In this document: positions 17,231 through 24,254 of the stretch, piece by piece
Position numbering within the stretch: the first letter of the stretch is position 1
How the letters are laid out: each line of letters starts with the position of its first letter
Source: Promethearchaeota archaeon
Lineage (GTDB): Archaea > Asgardarchaeota > Lokiarchaeia > Sigyniarchaeales > SOKP01
Direction: 5' to 3'
Length of the DNA: 35,702 nt
Assembly: GCA_030606095.1 (NCBI GenBank)
Contig: JAUWHC010000002.1
Span: forward strand, 1-35,702
The notes under the pieces: model-generated
The model's input: only the letters and a program-made list of their open reading frames with translations
Database searches by the model: none
What the model was told of the DNA's origin: nothing
Program-made: the position numbers and the translations under genes

Positions 17231-18301
17231 TTATATTATTTGTTGTTGTAAAATGCTATAATTATTGTAAACTATCCTAACTATATTTGGCAAAATCTCG
17301 TCTTTTATTTCCTTTTCCTTCTTGATTAGGAAGTTTAAAATCCGATTTATTGCCATATTATCAATATCTTCAATTATTATACTAGACTTTTTTAAAAAGT
17401 AATTATCATAAACTTTCTCAATTAAATTCATTAAATTATTTTTGTTTATAGTTATTGGAGTAAAAAATGCACCAAAATGCCTAATTCTTCTTAAATATTT
17501 GTTAATACTTATTAGAAAATCATCGATATTTTCTTGATATAATAAATCCATAAATTTATCGTAGTTAAAAAAGAGATAATTATTTACAAGGAATTGTGAT
17601 AATAATTTTCTATCAATTCCATTTAGAATTCCTCTAAAAATTATATTTAAGTTATATATTTCTGCTTTATAATCAATAAATAAACTTATTAATGGTTTTT
17701 TTTCGTTATTCATATAAAAATTTTTATTATTTATCATAACTTGATAATAAACTTGATCTAAAAATGTTTCTAATACAAATATTTCTTTTTTACGAATGAA
17801 ATGCTGAAATCCTTCTCTTATTGCGCTATTGTACAAAGATCGCTTCTCATTTATATATAACTGAATCTCTTCTAAAGATGATTTCTCAAGTAATCCTTCA
17901 ATGAATCCAGTGTTTCCTAAATAATTCTCAACCAAGAAATTAATGTGTGTCTTTTTACTTCCATCTCTTACGCCTGCTATTGACCTAAATATTATACGCT
18001 TAACATTAAGAATTTCGTAGATTAATAAATAATTTCTTAAAAATAGTATCATGTTATCAGGTGAGTAATACATAATTTTACCAATTAACTTAATATAGTA
18101 ATTGGTTATAGCAATTTCTATCTCAACAATAGAAAGATTTTTAACTTCTAAATCCGGATAATATCTTTTAATAAACTTAATTAAAGTTTTTATGTCATTT
18201 ATCTTTTTTAAATTATTTAAATTATTTTTATCCATTATTAAGCTTTTCAAAAAAGTCATCTTTATAAATACATATGGATATGAAAGGTTAAATAAAATCA
18301 T
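17231..18301 (-). CDS. atpC: A/V-type ATPase subunit C (eukaryotic d-like)
   Basis: 356 aa. N-terminus YPYVFIKMTFLKSLIMDKNNLNNL...IKRYYPDL and the internal EIYNLNIIFRGILNGIDRKLL match the all-helical, internally duplicated subunit C pattern. First gene of the operon. Confidence 0.8.
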   Translation of the reverse strand: MILFNLSYPYVFIKMTFLKSLIMDKNNLNNLKKINDIKTLIKFIKRYYPDLEVKNLSIVEIEIAITNYYIKLIGKIMYYSPDNMILFLRNYLLIYEILNVKRIIFRSIAGVRDGSKKTHINFLVENYLGNTGFIEGLLEKSSLEEIQLYINEKRSLYNSAIREGFQHFIRKKEIFVLETFLDQVYYQVMINNKNFYMNNEKKPLISLFIDYKAEIYNLNIIFRGILNGIDRKLLSQFLVNNYLFFNYDKFMDLLYQENIDDFLISINKYLRRIRHFGAFFTPITINKNNLMNLIEKVYDNYFLKKSSIIIEDIDNMAINRILNFLIKKEKEIKDEILPNIVRIVYNNYSILQQQII

Positions 18302-18719
18302 TTAAAGTTCACCTTAAATCACACCCTTTTTATTATTAGAATTAATTAGATAATAACTAAAAACATCCAATTGAGTTTGAACATTAATATTTATCTTAGT
18401 TAGATTATTAGTGGTAAAAAAGACTAACTTATTATAATTTGATTTGAAAAAATGAAAAATGGAATAATACTTATGTTTATTATTAATTATTCTTCACTTT
18501 AAATCATATTTGACATAATAATAAATTTTAATATTATAAATATTTCTAAAAACATTCATTTTTAAGTAAAGAAAAAAAGAAGAATTTTCCAAAGTTTTAT
18601 ATTTATAAACCCTTCATCGAGAGAATTTTAATATATTTAAAAAATCTCTTTTATAAATTAGTTTTATTAAAAAGGAGAAGCATAGAAAAACAAAGATTTA
18701 AATTAATAATACTTATTAT

Positions 18720-20285
18720 ATGTATAATTATTATAACGATATACTATTTTTTCTAATGATTTATCAAGGATTATTCAGCATTTTACATAAATTTTCAGAT
18801 AATATTGATCTCTTTTATAATATTATTTATAATCATTTCCAAGGTAGCATTTGTAACCACTTTAGTGATAAAATTTTTGAAAAAATCAATGTAAAAGAGG
18901 TTCTTGAAAAAATAATTGAATATACTTCAAAAATTTTTTTCGAGTTAGGGTTTGATCACTGTGATTTACAACATAATTTTTCAAATCATTTTCTTGATGT
19001 TAAAAAATTTAATTATGAGAAAATAACGTCCATATCAAATCTGTATAAGATCATGTTTCCTGCTATTTGCGATATTTTTTTAACCAAAATCTTTAAATAT
19101 CTCATCGGCTCCAAATCAGCAGCACGAGTAATAATGGAATTAAGAGCTAAAGGCATACTTCCAATTGAATTTCTTATGGAGTTGAAAAATTTAAAAAATT
19201 TATACGAAAAAGCACCAAAAAAAATAGAAAAATTAAAAAAATATTTACAAATTCGTAAGGAAATAATAAATAAATTGCAAGAAAACAGAGAAAAAATCGA
19301 AAGAGTAATGCATTTAAAAGATCCTCAAGATAAATTGCAATTGATTTTCATGATTTACAAGATTATGGACTTCTTTAGCATCCAAAAATTTTTCGATTTT
19401 ACACCGATTATCGAATACTGTAAAAACAATAGCGAGGAATGGTTAGAAACAATACCCTTAATTTCATTTAATAATCCTGATCTCTATTATTGTGGAATTT
19501 ATATAGCTCGTCAGTTATCGATAAAATTTGAAGAAGAAGAAGAAGATAATATTAAATACTTTTTAATAAATATTTATGATGAACTAATTGATGAATTTGA
19601 AGCACCTCTAATTGAGGCAACATATCAAGTTTATTATTTCTTAAAAGCTTCTGATTTGAGTGGGTTAGAGTTATCATTTGGCCAAATTAAAGAGCTACTC
19701 AAAGGAGGTCCAAAATTTTTTGAAATTAATTATCTAAAATATTTAGGAACATCCCAATTAGTAGTGATTTTAAAAACTTACAAACTTCTCGGAGTGTATC
19801 ATAAAATAGATCCTAAGAAAATTAAAGCTATTTTATATGAAATCGAACAAAGAATTACAGCTAAAGGAATAATGCATTATCGAGATGGCTTTTTCACTTC
19901 AGAAGCTACATACTATGTGTTATTTTGTAAATATATGACAAATGACATTAAAAGCGTTAATGATTATAATATTTTAGGTTATACTATATCTAAAATCTAC
20001 AGAAACTTAGAAATGTTAAACATTTCAGAAGAAGCTAATTATGATTTGATAAATGAATTATTTTACGCATTAGAAACGCTTAAATTGCTTAATTGCATAG
20101 AGAATCCCTGTACTCTAATACATTTAGCAAGAGATTTATTTCCTAATTATTTCTCTAATAAGCTTTTTAACGAAAAAAAGCAATTTAAAGATATTAGTTA
20201 TTTATCAGTGAACCATCTTACAGGGGAAACAATATATAAAACTAATTTTATAAATTCTAATGCACTAAATTGGGATGTTACTTAA
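18720..20285 (+). CDS. Hypothetical all-helical repeat protein (possibly alpha/alpha-toroid, prenyltransferase-like)
   Basis: 521-aa ORF. The C-terminal 280 aa show 4-5 helical hairpin units of about 45-55 aa, each ending in an [AT][TS]Y/Q..Y.L...L(L)G-like motif (EATYQVYYFLKASDLSG; TSQLVVILKTYKLLGV; SEATYYVLFCKYM; INELFYALETLKLLNC). The family assignment is speculative. Confidence 0.45.
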   Translation: MYNYYNDILFFLMIYQGLFSILHKFSDNIDLFYNIIYNHFQGSICNHFSDKIFEKINVKEVLEKIIEYTSKIFFELGFDHCDLQHNFSNHFLDVKKFNYEKITSISNLYKIMFPAICDIFLTKIFKYLIGSKSAARVIMELRAKGILPIEFLMELKNLKNLYEKAPKKIEKLKKYLQIRKEIINKLQENREKIERVMHLKDPQDKLQLIFMIYKIMDFFSIQKFFDFTPIIEYCKNNSEEWLETIPLISFNNPDLYYCGIYIARQLSIKFEEEEEDNIKYFLINIYDELIDEFEAPLIEATYQVYYFLKASDLSGLELSFGQIKELLKGGPKFFEINYLKYLGTSQLVVILKTYKLLGVYHKIDPKKIKAILYEIEQRITAKGIMHYRDGFFTSEATYYVLFCKYMTNDIKSVNDYNILGYTISKIYRNLEMLNISEEANYDLINELFYALETLKLLNCIENPCTLIHLARDLFPNYFSNKLFNEKKQFKDISYLSVNHLTGETIYKTNFINSNALNWDVT

Positions 20286-20357
20286 AAGTATTCCAAATCA
20301 AGAAAAAAAAGTTTGATTATTTTTAGATATCAGATTAAAAAAAGAGGTAATAGAAAA

Positions 20358-21164
20358 ATGAAAAGTACAAATTCGGACTATATTAATCAATTGAATAGTG
20401 ATTATGGAAGTTGGGGTAAAGTATATACTTTAAGTGATTTTCTAGGGAAAGTTAAAAAGAATCTAGATGAAAAAGATTTTAAAAGAGAGAATTCAAGGCT
20501 AGTTTTTTGTGTTTGTCCTGATGATATTAACAGGCTTCAAGAGAATGATACGATAGAAAATGGCTTGAAAAAAGTATATAATGGAGAATTCCATATGGGA
20601 GGTCTAGGTGCATATCCTATGGGTGGCGTTTCAGGTATCATTGCAGCAAGTCATCATCCACCTGACAATTTTATAAATGGAAATCGAACTAGTGGTAATT
20701 TAGTTTTTTTTATAAGCCCTCATTTTGGACTTATCGAAAAAAATGATTTTATCTATGGTAAAATAATTAGACCTGGACAGGAAAAAATAACATCTTCTTG
20801 TGGCGCAATAATGGGATTTTTAGATGCATTAAAACAAGCTGGTAGTCCAGAAAATTTCAAAATCGCACCTGATACAACAGATACAGATCCTACGAGAATT
20901 GTTCTACACAAAATGTTAATAAATAAATATAATAAAGAACTTAAGGATATTCTTGCGATAGATAATGAAAATCACCAAGTAATTGAAATGTTCAAACTTA
21001 ACTATGAACTTGTCATGAAAAAAGTAATTGAAATGATCAACGAGTTTATAGAAAAAGAGAAAGAACATTTTAAAGGAAAAATTTCGGTAATCGGAGGCAT
21101 AACTGTAAATATTCCAAAAAAGGATCTATTTATACTCAAAGAGATCGTTTATCCCAAAAATTAA
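20358..21164 (+). CDS. Hypothetical protein, possibly LCIB/LCIC-type beta-carbonic-anhydrase-like fold
   Basis: Start moved from the ORF-track TTG (20313) to the ATG at 20358, which is preceded by AGAGGT at 20343-20348. Motifs VCPDD, HMGGLGAYPMGGVSGIIAASHHPPD, ISPHFGL and RPGQEKITSSCGAIMGF resemble my memory of the LCIB family, including its Cys/His/Cys zinc ligands. Not verified. Confidence 0.4.
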   Translation: MKSTNSDYINQLNSDYGSWGKVYTLSDFLGKVKKNLDEKDFKRENSRLVFCVCPDDINRLQENDTIENGLKKVYNGEFHMGGLGAYPMGGVSGIIAASHHPPDNFINGNRTSGNLVFFISPHFGLIEKNDFIYGKIIRPGQEKITSSCGAIMGFLDALKQAGSPENFKIAPDTTDTDPTRIVLHKMLINKYNKELKDILAIDNENHQVIEMFKLNYELVMKKVIEMINEFIEKEKEHFKGKISVIGGITVNIPKKDLFILKEIVYPKN

Positions 21165-21195
21165 TGACAGTAGAAAAATTAAAACATTTATTTAA

Positions 21196-21207
21196 ATTTT
21201 TTTTTTT
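21196..21207 (+). terminator. Oligo-T tract (12 T) downstream of the 20358-21164 gene, a candidate archaeal terminator
   Basis: An uninterrupted run of 12 T beginning 32 nt after the stop codon. Archaeal RNA polymerase terminates at oligo-T tracts. Confidence 0.4.
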
Positions 21208-21491
21208 TAAGACATTGTTTATCATTTTTTAAGAGGAATTCTGAATACTAAGATTTTTAAAGCATTATAGAGTAAAATAAGACTTAAAAATGACAAATAT
21301 TCCCAGTCCATCAGGATAAGTTTAATTTTTATTCAAAATCTATCCGATAGAGGTTGCTGGTTTCAGCCTGTGCGAATAAAGGAAATGTTCCAAACGTCAT
21401 ATGAACAATTTTTATTAAAATGCTATACTATTACTTAATATCTTTAGCAATATTGATAACTTAAACAATTTTAAGCAACAACTTGTGTTTC

Positions 21492-22460
21492 TTAACTCAA
21501 TTTTGATGTTAGGTGCATAAATAATTCATCAAGACCTTCTCCTGTAAGGGCTGATGTCTCAAAATAGGTTAAATTATATTGCTGGGCAATTTGATTTGCT
21601 TTATTTGAAATTTCCGTTCGATTTTCTATTAAATCCACTTTATTTCCAACTAAAATATATGGAATTTTTTCTGCATCAGTAAATTGATGTGCTTCTTCAA
21701 TCCATTCATAAATTTCATTCAATGTATCAATTTTTGAAAAATCAAACATAATTATAACTGCTTCAGCATTGTGATAAAAAGGTTTTCGAATTTTTGCAAA
21801 ACATTTCAGGCCTCCCATATCATATATATGGAAAATTAATTTCATTTGTTTAGTGATTTGGAACTCTTTTTCAACAAAAGAAACACCAAGTGTTGGTATA
21901 TACTCTGTTTTAAAATTTCCATTGAAAAACATCTCAACTAAAGAACTCTTACCTGCTTGGTCCAGTCCAACGATAATAATGTTATGTATTAGATTTTTTT
22001 CATTAACAGCATCAGAATTAATTGATTTGTGAAGGATCTGCCCATTATCCTTAAAAGAAGGAAGAGAAAGAGATATGGAAGTATCTTGATAGTTTAAAAC
22101 TTGAGAAACCTTTTCAGCAACGATATAAGAATAAGGGATATATTTTAATATTTCTTTATAATGATCAGTAACTATAGCAAATATCGCGGGAGATTTACAA
22201 CCTAATTCCATATAAAATAATCTAAACGCATTAGTATCAAAAGTTCCACTACCAAATGAAGTTTTAGCAAATCGTTTTATTTTATGAATTGTTTCATCGA
22301 GGATACTAACAATTGCTCCTATAATATCTTCATCGAAGTCGTAGACAGATTGTTGAGCAATAATTAACCCATCATAATCTACAATTAAGACTGATAATAA
22401 ATCAGGAGTTTCAGATAAAAAATTTGTTAATAATTCGTCTAATACTGATACTTTTAGCAT
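21492..22460 (-). CDS. Roadblock/LC7 domain fused to a Ras/Rab-like small GTPase
   Basis: aa 1-125 are Roadblock-like (DLLSVLIVDYDGLIIAQQS, IIGAIVSILDETIHKIKRF, AIFAIVTDH). aa ~158-322 form the G domain: G1 GLDQAGKSS, switch I YIPTLG, G3 DMGGL, G4 NKVD, G5 ETSAL. Confidence 0.85.
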   Translation of the reverse strand: MLKVSVLDELLTNFLSETPDLLSVLIVDYDGLIIAQQSVYDFDEDIIGAIVSILDETIHKIKRFAKTSFGSGTFDTNAFRLFYMELGCKSPAIFAIVTDHYKEILKYIPYSYIVAEKVSQVLNYQDTSISLSLPSFKDNGQILHKSINSDAVNEKNLIHNIIIVGLDQAGKSSLVEMFFNGNFKTEYIPTLGVSFVEKEFQITKQMKLIFHIYDMGGLKCFAKIRKPFYHNAEAVIIMFDFSKIDTLNEIYEWIEEAHQFTDAEKIPYILVGNKVDLIENRTEISNKANQIAQQYNLTYFETSALTGEGLDELFMHLTSKLS

Positions 22461-22556
22461 CTTTATAACTTTATTTATTTCTTATTTATTTTTCATTTTA
22501 AGTATTCAAAAATATATCGGTCATAATCCTTTTTTGACAACTTAATTTTTCTTCTT

Positions 22557-23621
22557 TCAATTTTTAGTTGCATTAATCTTCATATAAATATGGTTTTTTG
22601 GATCAATTAATTTTAAGTTCGAATTAGATTGAAAAAGCGTCTCAGTTTTCCCTAAAAATAATAGACCGCCTTCCTCTAAGTGATCTTCAATAATTTTTAA
22701 AAAAATTCTTCGATTTTCCCTATTAAAATAAATTAACAAGTATCTACAAAATATTATATCATATTTCAAAGAATACTTATGACCTCTAGTAACATCCTCA
22801 CAAATAAATTCAATCTGCTCTTTAATTTTTTCATTTAAGATATATTTATAGCTTGAAGCTTCTTTTTGTTTTGTGATATACTTCACTTTATATAATTGCG
22901 GTATATTTTCCATTGAATTAGCATAAATTCCTTTCTTTGCTTTTTGAAGAGCATTAAAATCAATATCTGAAGCAATAATTTTATAATTAGGAAATTTTAT
23001 AAACTGATTTCTAAGGTCATCTAATATCATAGCTATAGAGTATGGTTCTTCTCCGGAAGCACAAGGGCATGACCATATATATATTGGCTTTTTAGAAGAT
23101 CGTATTTTGTAATAAAGGGACGACTGAATAATAGAAAATGCGTTGAGGAAATTCTTTGTCGCTAAAATTGACTTAAGAAACAAAGTAGCCTCTTCATGAT
23201 TTTTAATCAATAAGTTAGTGAATTTTCTTAATATTAGTTTATCATTTAAAATCTCTTTATTTTTTAATGGATCAATTAAAGCATCCTCTATTTCATTTTC
23301 TATAATTTTGCTTTTACAATCTAAACATTCAACAAAGAGATCTTCAAATTTTTTGAAAACTTCTTTATTTCTAAAAAAGTAAGAGTAATTGATATTAAAT
23401 TGGTCCTTAAATTTTTCACCCTCATGATCCAAATGTGCTAAAAGATAAGTATAATATGAATTATAAGAATCACAATTTACATGAAGCATTCTAGCTCTGA
23501 TTCTTTTTTCTATGAAAGCTTTTCGATACATCCCAAAATTTATTCCTGTTTCCTTTCCTATTGAAGTAATCAAGCTATCATAAAAATCATCTTCAATTTG
23601 GATATCAGTAAGACCAATCAT
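22557..23621 (-). CDS. cheR: Chemotaxis methyltransferase CheR with an insertion of about 75 aa
   Basis: 354 aa. N-terminal helical domain ending in FFRNKEVF. SAM-binding IYIWSCPCASGEEPYSIAMIL, IIASDIDFNALQKAKKGIY, and YDIIFCRYLLIYFNRENRRIF...GGLLFLG. Extra segment at aa ~98-172 between FFRN and the SAM motif. Confidence 0.9.
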   Translation of the reverse strand: MIGLTDIQIEDDFYDSLITSIGKETGINFGMYRKAFIEKRIRARMLHVNCDSYNSYYTYLLAHLDHEGEKFKDQFNINYSYFFRNKEVFKKFEDLFVECLDCKSKIIENEIEDALIDPLKNKEILNDKLILRKFTNLLIKNHEEATLFLKSILATKNFLNAFSIIQSSLYYKIRSSKKPIYIWSCPCASGEEPYSIAMILDDLRNQFIKFPNYKIIASDIDFNALQKAKKGIYANSMENIPQLYKVKYITKQKEASSYKYILNEKIKEQIEFICEDVTRGHKYSLKYDIIFCRYLLIYFNRENRRIFLKIIEDHLEEGGLLFLGKTETLFQSNSNLKLIDPKNHIYMKINATKN

Positions 23622-23651
23622 ATTCCATCATCATTTATTATTTATCTATTC

Positions 23652-24170
23652 TCAATCCAATATGATCGATTGAATTCTCAATAGTCTCTTTCCAATATGG
23701 TCCATTGTATATTTTATATGCATTTGCATCTCACTTATTTCAGATAATATGCTATTAATTTGACTTTTTTGTGAGCCTGATAATTTACTTTCAATTCTTA
23801 TTTTTTCATTAGAAGATATTTTCTTACTTTTAATTGAGAGTTTTCTTGATTCTCCCGGGTAATTTAAATCTGTTCTCCCCTCATTTATTTCATGAAATAG
23901 AATAATAAATTCATCAGGTTCATATCCTTGTTTTACTATTTCGTATTTGTAATTATAGAAATTCTTTTTAGCTTTTAGTTTAATTGCCCATGTTGATGCC
24001 ATATATCTTTGAAAGAGCTTTGAATTATTCCCCGCCCAAATCCAAATTGTGTTTAAATCCTTATCGACTAACAGGTAAACAGCCCTTTCTTTAAAATAAT
24101 TACCAGGATTTTGTTTTATTACATCTCCTTTAACTTGATAAATATTTTTTTTATAATTATCATTTAACAT
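23652..24170 (-). CDS. Single gelsolin-domain protein with helical C-terminal tail
   Basis: aa ~10-95 align by eye with the gelsolin G1 pattern: IYQVKG...YFKERAVYLLVDKDLNTIWIWAGNNSKLFQRYMASTWAIKLKA...YEIVKQGYEPDEFIILF versus LFQVKG...[40 protein letters not shown]...VHVSEEGTEPEAMLQVL. aa ~100-172 are S/K-rich and then helical. Confidence 0.75.
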   Translation of the reverse strand: MLNDNYKKNIYQVKGDVIKQNPGNYFKERAVYLLVDKDLNTIWIWAGNNSKLFQRYMASTWAIKLKAKKNFYNYKYEIVKQGYEPDEFIILFHEINEGRTDLNYPGESRKLSIKSKKISSNEKIRIESKLSGSQKSQINSILSEISEMQMHIKYTMDHIGKRLLRIQSIILD

Positions 24171-24254
24171 TTCTCTTAAGATGCCATTATTTTGGATTTT
24201 GAATTTTTTTTTTGATTAAAATTAATTTTATAAAATAGAAAATAATTAATTGAT

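Noticed and set aside
20313-20357. TTG start at 20313 for the 283-aa ORF
   Set aside because: The ATG at 20358 is preceded by AGAGGT at an appropriate distance. The 15 extra residues (MIIFRYQIKKRGNRK) look like translated leader sequence. I report the gene from 20358.
21340-21390. GC-richer patch (ccgatagaggttgctggtttcagcctgtgcgaataaagg) in the 327-bp convergent intergenic region, considered as a tRNA, C/D-box sRNA or other ncRNA
   Set aside because: It has no cloverleaf or T-loop consensus. The only C-box-like (ATGACG) and D-box-like (CTGA) elements on the minus strand are imperfect and wrongly spaced. No convincing stem exists. A covariance-model scan would be needed to revive this.
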